64,000 bases of DNA from Rikenellaceae bacterium. Its GTDB lineage: Bacteria; Bacteroidota; Bacteroidia; Bacteroidales; Rikenellaceae. The stretch lies in assembly GCA_047173645.1 (NCBI GenBank), contig JBCQUZ010000001.1, positions 219 to 64,218 of the forward strand, written 5' to 3'. Below the pieces are notes generated by a model. The model was not told where the DNA came from. It made no database searches and was given only the letters and a program-made list of their open reading frames with translations. This document shows, piece after piece, positions 17,461 to 26,593 of the stretch (within the stretch, counting starts at the first letter, position 1; every line of letters begins with the position of its first letter). The position numbers and the translations under genes are program-made.

Positions 17461-18495
17461 ATGTTAACAGCACTATTTGATCTTCTCGATTTCTTGCGCT
17501 CTAACTTCTCGATGCTTTTCGCACTTGCGTTCTACACGATTTTGGCGGTGGCTTTGGCGAAATCTATCAAGAAGCACTACAAGGTATATTATTGGTTATT
17601 TGGTCTGCTTTCGGCTGGTTTTGTAATCCCTACGGTTTTCCGTTTGTGTGGTTCATCGTTCCCATTTGATTTGGGTAAGATTCCATTCTTTGGGCCTTGT
17701 TTTTCGGAGCTTTCGAGCGCGGCAAACTTTGTTCACCCTGTACTTATCATCATCATGTATATGGGTGCTTTCAGTCCTAAAAATCAATACATTGGTCGTT
17801 TGATGTCTATCCGTAAGGAGCTTTCGATCATCGTTGGTTTCCCAGTTATTGCACACGCTATGAAGCGTCTGTTCGGAACTTTTGTTGGCGGATGGAACTT
17901 CTTCTTTGACCATGAGACCGCTATTCAAAGTCCACGTGTTACGAGTGTTATTGGTTCGGGAATTTCGAGCTTCGTATATGTTTTGGGTCTTGTGATGTTT
18001 GTTTTGTTCCTTGTTTTGTGGATCACATCGTTTGACTCGGTACACCGCAAGTTGGGAACTCAAAAGTGGAAGGCGGTTCAAAAGTGGTCTTATGGGTTGT
18101 ATGCAATGTTGTTTATCCACGCTATGGGTCTTAACTTGGGTGGTTATATCAGCGACAAGGCTCGCGAAGCACAACAAGCACAGCGTGCTCAAACCGAGAT
18201 GGTATCACAAGCTCGTCCAGAGGGACAATCACAAGAGCGTCAAGCTGGACAAGGAGCCTCTCAACAACAAGCGAGTCAAGGTGCGCATGGTGCACAACAA
18301 CAACCTCAAGCGCAAGCGCAACAAGGAGGTCATGGATCTCGTCCACAACCATTTAAGTTCTCGGAGATCGAGATTAGCCGTGGCGCAAAGCGTATTCTTA
18401 ATATGATTATCCTTGTGTTGATCTATGGTTCATATCTATTCTTCCGCCTTTGCAAAGCATCAAAGGCAAAGGCTGCTAAGGTCGCTAGATCTTAG
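17461..18495 (+). CDS. Ferric reductase-like transmembrane protein (MsrQ/YedZ-like) with Gln/Ala/Gly-rich insert
   Basis: RKELSII...IAH, LWITSF....RKLG..KWK.VQKWSY..Y....IH heme-b ligand pattern. Confidence 0.75.
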   Translation: MLTALFDLLDFLRSNFSMLFALAFYTILAVALAKSIKKHYKVYYWLFGLLSAGFVIPTVFRLCGSSFPFDLGKIPFFGPCFSELSSAANFVHPVLIIIMYMGAFSPKNQYIGRLMSIRKELSIIVGFPVIAHAMKRLFGTFVGGWNFFFDHETAIQSPRVTSVIGSGISSFVYVLGLVMFVLFLVLWITSFDSVHRKLGTQKWKAVQKWSYGLYAMLFIHAMGLNLGGYISDKAREAQQAQRAQTEMVSQARPEGQSQERQAGQGASQQQASQGAHGAQQQPQAQAQQGGHGSRPQPFKFSEIEISRGAKRILNMIILVLIYGSYLFFRLCKASKAKAAKVARS

Positions 18496-18512
18496 GTTTA
18501 GCCAATCCATTA

Positions 18513-18585
18513 AATAAAATTTCACCGCATATTGCGGCAGACTCGATTAGATCAACTCTGCAACAATATGCGGTGAAATTTTATT
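18513..18585. terminator. Bidirectional hairpin between convergent genes
   Basis: AAATTTCACCGCATATTG...CAATATGCGGTGAAATTT inverted repeat. Confidence 0.75.
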
Positions 18586-18608
18586 ATTAATAATAGTAGT
18601 AAATAGAT

Positions 18609-19853
18609 CTAGTTATCTCCCGCGTGTGGCGTAAAGGTAAACATATCAAACCAATACCCCTCCGAAGAGTATTTCGATGGCCAATCGTTTGCCTCCAAAA
18701 GGCGAAGCGTATTTGGCATCGACATACCCAATCGATTCACAAAATGGTTATACACCACGCTCCAACACTTATTGTATGATGGCCCATGTTCGGGATCTGC
18801 GGTGCCTATTTTTTGCCATTTGCAATATTTTCCAGAAATATCGCTCCACACATAATATGGAACCTCATCGCCCAAGAGTAACTTTGCGGTGTACTCCAAC
18901 CCCGTGAGAAGTGCGCTTTTATTCTCCAAATATAGATCGGCATTACCTTGGTTATATGCCACCTCGCATATTAATGCTGCACAGCTAAATCCAAATTGTA
19001 CGTGCGCTTGATCGCGTCCAGTCTCTTGGCACTGCCCACTCTCCTCGTCAATATAGTTATAGATGGTTCCATTATCTTTGCCATTGAGATATTGGTTAAT
19101 CGCAAAATCATACATCTCTTGATTTTGGGCAACAACAGCAACCGACATGTATGAAAGTATTGCACACATTCCCCAGTTTCCATTGGTGTAGGGAGGGGCA
19201 GCAAAGAAATCATCGAGAACGGGGATAAAACATCCAATCAAAAGATCATTGACTATTGAATCATATATTTCGTCGGTGAGCCCCTTGCATCCATATTGTT
19301 TGAGCAGAGCCAATGCCGATGCGGCGTGGTATGCTTGACCGCACATAAGTGGAGCATTTGGGGTGTTGCACACCAACTTCACATTCTCGGCATATCCTTT
19401 AAGTATAGCCAACGATTTTGTGGCGTGAGCCTCGGCATCCTTCACATCCAATGCAAAAAGTAGGGCGCTCATATAGGCAGCATCGAAGTGTCGAGTGACA
19501 AGTGTTGCATTCTTCGAGAATGTTATAGGGTATGGATCTCCCCATCTATCGGGTTTGCCCTTCTCTCCCTTATCACGAGCGATATAGGTTGGGATATTGC
19601 CAATATAATCACTCCATGATGATTTTGCATAGGGGTATTTAATAAGATCTTGGTATGATCTATACGCCACGCTTTTCTTGTCGGCTTTGGCGATAATAGC
19701 CTTTAGTTTGTTGATTTGCTCAGATCCATAGACCACCACAGGGTACTCTTTGTTTGTAATGGAGCTACTCTTTGTTGTGGCACCACACACCGTGGGGTTG
19801 CTAAAGAGGGTAAATCCAAATGTCATTAGGATTAAAAAAAATAGGTTTTTCAT
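18609..19853 (-). CDS. Secreted alginate-lyase-family (alpha/alpha barrel) protein
   Basis: Signal peptide; NGNWG, GQCQETGRDQAH.Q.G, E.AYNQG..DLY, GLEYTAK motifs. Confidence 0.8.
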   Translation of the reverse strand: MKNLFFLILMTFGFTLFSNPTVCGATTKSSSITNKEYPVVVYGSEQINKLKAIIAKADKKSVAYRSYQDLIKYPYAKSSWSDYIGNIPTYIARDKGEKGKPDRWGDPYPITFSKNATLVTRHFDAAYMSALLFALDVKDAEAHATKSLAILKGYAENVKLVCNTPNAPLMCGQAYHAASALALLKQYGCKGLTDEIYDSIVNDLLIGCFIPVLDDFFAAPPYTNGNWGMCAILSYMSVAVVAQNQEMYDFAINQYLNGKDNGTIYNYIDEESGQCQETGRDQAHVQFGFSCAALICEVAYNQGNADLYLENKSALLTGLEYTAKLLLGDEVPYYVWSDISGKYCKWQKIGTADPEHGPSYNKCWSVVYNHFVNRLGMSMPNTLRLLEANDWPSKYSSEGYWFDMFTFTPHAGDN

Positions 19854-19942
19854 GGTTATATAGGTTTAATGTTTGTCTCTTGGAATTACGAAAATTTGGG
19901 ATCGATTCAAAATATGGATCAAAGATAATAATTAAAAGATAC

Positions 19943-19976
19943 AAAAAAAACAGCCACAGAATATTCTGAAGCTGTC
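19943..19976 (-). terminator. Terminator after tRNA-Glu
   Basis: Minus strand ACAGCTTCAGAATATTCTGTGGCTG followed by a T run. Confidence 0.7.
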
Positions 19977-19980
19977 TTAG

Positions 19981-20052
19981 TAGTGGATAGGGGATTCGAA
20001 CCCCTATGTCCTGCGTGAGAGGCAGGTATCCTAGCCCTTAGATGAATCCACC
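19981..20052 (-). tRNA. tRNA-Glu(CTC)
   Basis: GGTGGAT/ATCCACT acceptor stem, CCTGC-CTCTCAC-GCAGG anticodon arm, GGTTCGAATCC T-loop; no encoded CCA; upstream TACCTTTG. Confidence 0.95.
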
Positions 20053-20180
20053 ATTGTTTGGAATTGTGATGCAAAGGTAAGAATTATTTTCTAATTTCCA
20101 AAATAATTGAGTATTATTTTTTCAGCAACAAAACCCCAAAACATAAAACATATTGATTACCAAACATATAGCATGCGAAA

Positions 20181-21023
20181 TTATTTTGCCATACTTTTGA
20201 GTAATTCGATCTCAGTGACCCATTTCGAGTCGTCGGGAGTTTCGAGAACCAGAGGAATATTGTCGAAGCGCGAATCGCCCATGATATATTCAAAGCATGG
20301 CAATCCGATCTCTCCCTCGCCAATTGGAGCGTGGCGATCTACTCTACTGCCGACACCCTTCATTGCGTCGTTGAGGTGCATACCTCGCAAATATTCAAAG
20401 CCGACAACTTCGTCGAACTCCGCAAATGTGCGCTCACACGCTTCGTGCCCCACAAGGTCATACCCCGCGGCAAAGGTGTGGCAGGTATCCAAACACACTC
20501 CCACGCGTGATTTATCGTCGATGCGCTCGATTATAGAGGCTAGGTGATAGAACGAAAAACCTAGGTTTGACCCTTGACCTGCTGTGTTTTCGATTACGGC
20601 GGTGACCCCTTGGGTTTGTGCCAATGCCAAATTTATCGACTCGGCGATGAGTGCCAACGATTCATCGGGCGAGATTTTGCGAAGGTGCGACCCTGGATGG
20701 AAGTTCAAGCGATCGAGCCCCAAGGCGGCGCATCGTTGCATCTCGTCGACAAATGCGTCGCGCGATTTTTGGAGCCCCTCATCTTCGGGGTGACCGAGAT
20801 TTATGAGGTAGCTGTCGTGTGGCAAGATCTGAGCTGGGGTGTAGCCATATGCGGCACATGCCGACTTGAAAGCCTCAATTTGTTTGAGACTAAGTGCTGG
20901 CGAACGCCATTGACGTTGATTTTTGGTAAATAGCGCAAAGGCTGTAGCTCCTAGGGCTGAGGCGTTTGCAGGGGCGTTTTCGACACCTCCCGATGCACTT
21001 ACGTGGGCTCCGATATATTTCAT
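20181..21023 (-). CDS. nfo: Endonuclease IV
   Basis: [41 protein letters not shown]. Confidence 0.96.
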   Translation of the reverse strand: MKYIGAHVSASGGVENAPANASALGATAFALFTKNQRQWRSPALSLKQIEAFKSACAAYGYTPAQILPHDSYLINLGHPEDEGLQKSRDAFVDEMQRCAALGLDRLNFHPGSHLRKISPDESLALIAESINLALAQTQGVTAVIENTAGQGSNLGFSFYHLASIIERIDDKSRVGVCLDTCHTFAAGYDLVGHEACERTFAEFDEVVGFEYLRGMHLNDAMKGVGSRVDRHAPIGEGEIGLPCFEYIMGDSRFDNIPLVLETPDDSKWVTEIELLKSMAK

Positions 21024-21115
21024 AATTGCAAAAAAGTTCTTGTTAATTTGTACAAATATAGGTATTCCGCAAATAAATTCATATTTTTGTCGGAAATTAA
21101 TATAAATAGCCTATT

Positions 21116-22195
21116 ATGAAGCAAATTTTTTTACTATTTACACTACTTGCTATGCCTCTGTCTATATTGGCGCAAAGCGCCGAAGAGAAGGCGGCTATTC
21201 GTAAGGAGCGCAACTCTTTGGAGATAAGCACAGGAATAGAGGGAACGCTCAATAATCTCAACAATGCGTGGATCTCGACATCGGGTGGTGACAACACAAT
21301 ATCGGCAGCTGCGACACTGTTTTTGAAACACAAATTCACAAAAGATAAATTAACCATCGAATCTAAGCTCACGGCGGGTTATGGATATTACAATGTTCGA
21401 GTAGATAGAGTCTCGGCAGATGGCACGACTTATGATGAAGCGGTATGGTACAAAAATCAAGATGAGTTCGAAATCAATATCGCACCGTCATACACAATGT
21501 CGAAAAATTGGTCATATAGTGCAAATATAGGCTTTAGAAGTCAATTCGCAAATGGTTATGTGTCGAGTTCGTCACAAGAGAGTATTCACCTCAAGAGTGG
21601 ATTTTTGGCTCCTGCATACCTCGATGTAGCGGTCGGTTTGAGTTATCAAGCACCCTCAGAGAAGTTCCCAATCAAGATCTCTCTATCGCCACTAGCGGCA
21701 AGTGGAGTGATTGTTGCGAATGACGAGATCCAAACAAATGCTGGGTATGGATATAGCCAGCACACGAGCGACAATTGGGCATATGCCGAGGCGTATGGTG
21801 TCAACCCCAACAAACGCTCTCAATTTGATGGTGGTTCGGCTATTCAATTTGACTTTGATCGCACCTTTGGCAAAAACGCAACTTTTAGATATTTGACATC
21901 TATATATTCATTCTATGGATGGATCACAAATGTGGCATACGACAATATGTACACAGATTATGCTGAGTATCAAGAGGCTGCTACAGAGTATGCAAATAAT
22001 GGTAGCACAGGGGCGGCTCCAAAATATGCTGTCACACCAACTGTGAGATGGAGCAACAAGGTGGAGATCAAAGCGACGAAGTATCTATATACAAATCTAA
22101 ACTTCGAGTTGTATTACGATCGTTCTCAAAACTTCAGCATACAAACCAAAACAATACTTAGTTTAGGTGTATCGTATAAGTTCAAAAATAAGTAA
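21116..22195 (+). CDS. DUF3078-like outer-membrane beta-barrel protein
   Basis: Signal peptide; W..GG.N, FRSQF.NGY, FLAPAY; C-terminal LGVSYKF. Confidence 0.75.
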   Translation: MKQIFLLFTLLAMPLSILAQSAEEKAAIRKERNSLEISTGIEGTLNNLNNAWISTSGGDNTISAAATLFLKHKFTKDKLTIESKLTAGYGYYNVRVDRVSADGTTYDEAVWYKNQDEFEINIAPSYTMSKNWSYSANIGFRSQFANGYVSSSSQESIHLKSGFLAPAYLDVAVGLSYQAPSEKFPIKISLSPLAASGVIVANDEIQTNAGYGYSQHTSDNWAYAEAYGVNPNKRSQFDGGSAIQFDFDRTFGKNATFRYLTSIYSFYGWITNVAYDNMYTDYAEYQEAATEYANNGSTGAAPKYAVTPTVRWSNKVEIKATKYLYTNLNFELYYDRSQNFSIQTKTILSLGVSYKFKNK

Positions 22196-22243
22196 GCGTC
22201 ATAGGACGTTACAATATATATAAGTTATAATAAATAATAAAAG

Positions 22244-23881
22244 ATGTTTAATTTCAAAGGTGCAGCGAGGGATATAATCTTCACAATGCTGATAATATCA
22301 GCTCTATTGTGTGGAATGATTTGGGGTCGATTGTCGGAGCGAAGAGCTAGCAACGAACCAATTATGAACTTTGTCGGAAAGATCGCCTCTGTCCCCACAA
22401 ACAAAATCGGATATACGCTATCTCTTATCGAGAACGAATATGTCGACAATGTGGTGTTGGACTCGCTCGCCGATGATGTTATACCAAAGATCCTCGAAGA
22501 GTTAGATCCCCACTCGTCATATATCGCAGCATCGGAGATGCAACGTGTTAACGAACCGTTGGATGGCGAATTTGAGGGTGTCGGCATAGTATTTAATATG
22601 GCAACCGACACGGTGATTGTGCTCAATGTGATCCCTGCGGGACCAAGTGCCAAGGCTGGAGTCAACAATCGAGATCGAATTATTATGATTGATGATTCGT
22701 TGGTTGCAGGTCAAAATGTACCTCAAAACCAAATCGTTAAGATGCTTCGCGGAGCGCGTGGCACAAATGTTAAATTGTCGTTGGAGCGTCAAGGTATCGA
22801 CGATTTGGTCGATGTGGAGGTTACACGCGATGTTATTCCGCTCAAAAGCATTGGCGCAGCGTTTATGGTCAACGATACGGTGGGTTATATGCGTATGTCG
22901 CAATTTGCACGCACCACACACACCGAACTTTTGGAGGGGGTGTCGAAGCTCCGCAAGCAGGGGATGACACGCCTTATGCTCGATCTACGCGACAATTCGG
23001 GAGGATTCCTCGACCAAGCGATACATATTGCCAATGAGTTTTTACCCAAGGGCACCTTGATAGTATATACCGAAGATCGGTCGGGAAATCAAATCAAGGA
23101 GTTTAGCGACGGGCGCGGAACACTCCAAGATATATCGCTCCAAATCCTTATTAACGAAAATAGTGCATCGTCGAGCGAGATCCTCGCTGGAGCCATCCAA
23201 GACAACGATCGTGGCACAATCATAGGTCGCAGATCGTATGGTAAGGGGCTTGTACAACGACAAATACCATACTCCGACGGATCGGCAATTAGGCTCACCG
23301 TAGCTAGATACTACACCCCCACAGGGCGCTCAATACAAAAACCATATACGATGGGCGATGGAGAGAGTTATGCCGAGGATCTAGCCGCCAGAATAGAGCA
23401 CAAAGAGCTATTCACAGCCGACAGCATACACTTTGTAGACTCCCTCAAAAAGATCACACCAGGAGGGCGTGTGGTCTATGGTGGAGGTGGAATCATGCCC
23501 GACATATTTGTGCCAATCGACACCACCGATGTCACCAAATATTTTGTCGAGGTTTCGGGACGCAACATTCTATATCGTTACACGATTGATTATTCGGATC
23601 GCAATCGCGACAAACTCGCTAAGATTGAGACTTTGGAGCAGCTCGCCGCGCATTGGGATTCGGAGAAGAATATCTTGAATGACTTTGTAAAGTATGCCAC
23701 AGCAAATGGCATAAAGGCTAATTGGTCGGAGATAAACAGATCGCGCAAAATCATCGAATCGCAGATTCGTGCATATGTAAGTCGTAATACGGCACTCGAA
23801 GATAATGGATTCTATATCAATATATTCCCTGTTGATAATATTGTTGGTCGAGCTCTTGAGGATCGAGGGGGTGAAGAGTAA
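22244..23881 (+). CDS. S41 family C-terminal processing peptidase
   Basis: LDPHS, PDZ (GVGI), DLRDNSGG, SASSSEILAGAIQD, SYGKGLVQ, GGGIMPD. Confidence 0.93.
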   Translation: MFNFKGAARDIIFTMLIISALLCGMIWGRLSERRASNEPIMNFVGKIASVPTNKIGYTLSLIENEYVDNVVLDSLADDVIPKILEELDPHSSYIAASEMQRVNEPLDGEFEGVGIVFNMATDTVIVLNVIPAGPSAKAGVNNRDRIIMIDDSLVAGQNVPQNQIVKMLRGARGTNVKLSLERQGIDDLVDVEVTRDVIPLKSIGAAFMVNDTVGYMRMSQFARTTHTELLEGVSKLRKQGMTRLMLDLRDNSGGFLDQAIHIANEFLPKGTLIVYTEDRSGNQIKEFSDGRGTLQDISLQILINENSASSSEILAGAIQDNDRGTIIGRRSYGKGLVQRQIPYSDGSAIRLTVARYYTPTGRSIQKPYTMGDGESYAEDLAARIEHKELFTADSIHFVDSLKKITPGGRVVYGGGGIMPDIFVPIDTTDVTKYFVEVSGRNILYRYTIDYSDRNRDKLAKIETLEQLAAHWDSEKNILNDFVKYATANGIKANWSEINRSRKIIESQIRAYVSRNTALEDNGFYINIFPVDNIVGRALEDRGGEE

Positions 23882-23895
23882 TTCGATCTTTCGTT

Positions 23896-24275
23896 TTGTT
23901 GCAAATCTTTGATTTGCCGCCCTCCTGCGCACTTTTTTGCAAAAAGTGCTTTTTTAGGAGGTGGAGGGCGAGAACATGTTGGGGTTAGTGAGGGGACTGC
24001 CTTTGTGCCAGGCGGGCAGTGCGTAGTCGCACGGGCTAGCGGAAACTTCGTTTCCTAGAGGGTTTCGTGTGAGGTTACAAATGATGTGAACCTCGGGTGG
24101 GCTATCAAACCAAAGGTTTGATAGCAAAAAATAAGAGTTGCGTTTGACGCTGAGAGTGAACTCTCATAAGTCAAACGCAACTCTTATTTTTTGTCGAAAT
24201 GCCAAAGGCATTACGATACCCACTCCGCTATATAAAACTAGCTCAGCTTAAGAGCACTCCGCCCGACGGAGTCAG
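23896..24275 (+). repeat. Modular palindromic repeat element, copy A (about 380 bp)
   Basis: Near-identical inverted copy at 38814-39171 and partial copies elsewhere; built of nested hairpins; lies between convergent genes. Confidence 0.9.
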
Positions 24276-24300
24276 ACCGGCCTCTAAACGAAGCCCAAGC

Positions 24301-25368
24301 CTACTTGTAAACCTTAGCAGTAAGTTTACCGTCGAGGACATTTACGACGCTTCCAGCGAGAGAGCCCAACTCATTTTCGCCAGGGTAGATAACTACAGGT
24401 GCGATGAATTTACATCTATCCGATATAGCCTTTGTGATATGCTCATTGTATGCGATTCCTCCAGTCACAAGGATTGCATCAACCTCGCCACTAACTACGG
24501 TACTCATTGCGCCAACATCCTTAGATACATTGTAGCAGAAAGCATCGAATGTAATCTTTGCCTTTTCGTCACCTTCGAGTGCTGCATTTACCACGTCCAA
24601 CATCGAGTTAGTCTCCATAAGAGCCATCAAACCACCCTTTCCAACGATCATCTTACCGATCTCTTCGTGAGTATATTTGCCCGAAAAACATAGATCTGCA
24701 AGTGCCATAGGTTCCAAACGTCCTGCGCGCTCAGGCGAGAAGCAACCATCTCCCGAGATTGCGTTTGTAGTGTCGACAATGCGTCCATGTTTGTGGATGC
24801 TCACCGAGATACCACCTCCCATGTGAACCACAATAAGGTTCAATGACTCGTATGGTTTGCCACAATCATCAGCATAAGCGTGTGCTATAGCCTTAGAGTT
24901 TAGGGCGTGGAACATAGATGTACGTGGAAGCTCCGCGATTCCACTCACGCGAGCTACAGGCTCCAATTCGTCGACAACAACTGGATCGGCAATATATGCC
25001 TTAACGCCGATTTCGTCAGCAATAGAGCGAGCGATAAGTGCTCCAAGGTTCGATGCGTGTTCGCGAACAGCATGCTTTGTATCCTCTACCAAAGCATCAT
25101 TCACCTCATACACACCACCTTCGATTGGCTTTACCAAACCTCCGCGACCTACAACAGCCGTAAGATCCGCTACATCAAATCCGCGAGCCTTCAAGTCATC
25201 GAGGATAAGCTCCTTTCTCCACTCCAATTGCTCAATCACGTGTGAATATTTTATTAGATCCTCCGCTGTGTGGCGAAGTGTCATGTCGAACAACACCTCT
25301 TTATCTTCGAACAAAGCTGCCTTTGTTGATGTCGATCCTGGATTTATAGCTAAAATTTTGTAACTCAT
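24301..25368 (-). CDS. buk: Butyrate kinase
   Basis: ILAINPGSTSTK, GRGG, HASNLG, FHALN, VHMGGGIS; true start ATG 25368 (the ORF-track extension runs into a repeat). Confidence 0.95.
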   Translation of the reverse strand: MSYKILAINPGSTSTKAALFEDKEVLFDMTLRHTAEDLIKYSHVIEQLEWRKELILDDLKARGFDVADLTAVVGRGGLVKPIEGGVYEVNDALVEDTKHAVREHASNLGALIARSIADEIGVKAYIADPVVVDELEPVARVSGIAELPRTSMFHALNSKAIAHAYADDCGKPYESLNLIVVHMGGGISVSIHKHGRIVDTTNAISGDGCFSPERAGRLEPMALADLCFSGKYTHEEIGKMIVGKGGLMALMETNSMLDVVNAALEGDEKAKITFDAFCYNVSKDVGAMSTVVSGEVDAILVTGGIAYNEHITKAISDRCKFIAPVVIYPGENELGSLAGSVVNVLDGKLTAKVYK

Positions 25369-25412
25369 ATTATTCAACCTTTTTTGTTTAACCTTTTTCT
25401 CATTTTTTATAT

Positions 25413-25582
25413 GCGCCCTCTGGCACTTTTTTATTCTAAAAAAAGTGCTTTCAGAGAGTGAGGGCGCTCTCGTTTGCCCATGGCTGGACTGCCTAACGCC
25501 GGCGGGCGGTGCGAGCCGCACGGGCAGAGAAACTTTGTTTCTCTTGTGTAATATAAGAAAACTTTGTTTCTCTTATATTACA
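25413..25582 (+). repeat. Partial palindromic repeat, copy D
   Basis: 46 bp (25482-25527) identical to 60181-60226; GCGCCCTC...GCACTTTTTT/AAAAAAGTGC...GAGGGCGC hairpin like copy A. Confidence 0.85.
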
Positions 25583-25633
25583 TTGTTTAAAAAAAGGAGC
25601 GACCCAAAAGCCACTCCCTATTTTGAAAACCTC

Positions 25634-26539
25634 TTATTTAACAGCGAGGCAAGCGAGTGCTATAGAGTATAGCTTACTCAAACTAGTATCACCGCGCGAA
25701 GTAAGTACACACGGAACTTTAGTACCCACAACCATCGCCGCAAGCTCACTCTTACAGATGTAAGTTGCCGACTTGAAGAATACGTTTGCCGCCTCGATAT
25801 TTGGGAACAACAAACAATCTGGATCTCCAGCGATAGATGAACCTGTCACCTTCTTGTGCTCAGCAACCTCCTTGTACATAGCAACATCCAACGACAATGG
25901 ACCATCAACCTCAACCTTACCCAATTGACCACGATCAGCCATCTTAGCTAGGATTGCACTCTCAACAGACGAAATAACACCTGGCAAAACTTGCTCCGAA
26001 GGTGCGATACAAGCGATCTTTGGCTTGTCGATACCAATCAACTTAGCAGTATTAGCTAGGTAACCGATCAACTTCATCTTTTGTTTGAAATCAGGAAGTG
26101 GAATAACCGCAATATCAGAGATCGTAAGCAACTTGTGGTAAGCTGGCATCTCAACGATAGTCACGTGGCTAAGTACACCCTTTGGAGGGAACATACCTGC
26201 ATCCTTGTTCAAGATTCCGCGCATATACTTATCTGTAGATACAAGACCCTTCATAAGTACATCTGCATCACCCGCAACAACCGACGCAACGGCACGACGA
26301 ACGCACGCTACATCTGATGGCTCATCGATGATTTGGAATACCGAAACGTCAATACCCTCCTCTTCGCAAACCTTCTCGATTGTCTTTTTGTCACCAAAAA
26401 GAGTCGCCTCTACAATACCCTCTTTGTAAGCTGCATAAACTGCCTCCAAAGTGTGTGAATCTTGACCATAAGCTACGGCCAAACGTTTCTTACCGCGCAC
26501 ACGCGCAGCATCAACGATGTCTGATAATTTTTGTATCAT
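25634..26539 (-). CDS. ptb: Phosphate butyryl/acetyltransferase
   Basis: ADVLMKG, LSH, D.AV.P.P, DGPLSLD.A, P.IEAAN, P.VLTSRGD; adjacent to buk. Confidence 0.88.
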   Translation of the reverse strand: MIQKLSDIVDAARVRGKKRLAVAYGQDSHTLEAVYAAYKEGIVEATLFGDKKTIEKVCEEEGIDVSVFQIIDEPSDVACVRRAVASVVAGDADVLMKGLVSTDKYMRGILNKDAGMFPPKGVLSHVTIVEMPAYHKLLTISDIAVIPLPDFKQKMKLIGYLANTAKLIGIDKPKIACIAPSEQVLPGVISSVESAILAKMADRGQLGKVEVDGPLSLDVAMYKEVAEHKKVTGSSIAGDPDCLLFPNIEAANVFFKSATYICKSELAAMVVGTKVPCVLTSRGDTSLSKLYSIALACLAVK

Positions 26540-26593
26540 GGTTTTTATTTAATTTGGTTGTTATTGTTGTTTTTTATTTTGTTCTCGTTATTT

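Noticed and set aside
4474-20052. Single prophage or island integrated at tRNA-Glu spanning 4.5-20 kb
   Set aside because: I found no duplicate of the tRNA 3' end near 4.5-5 kb or 12.9 kb and no integrase; the sub-regions differ in composition and have separate promoters and terminators.
23281-23470. Local A/C-rich codon patches in genes near repeat copies (ctp, tyrS start, pyrE)
   Set aside because: A visual impression only; it cannot be supported without computing windowed skew.
25369-25521. 51-aa N-terminal extension of Buk in the ORF track
   Set aside because: It is read through repeat copy D; the conserved Buk N-terminus starts at ATG 25368.
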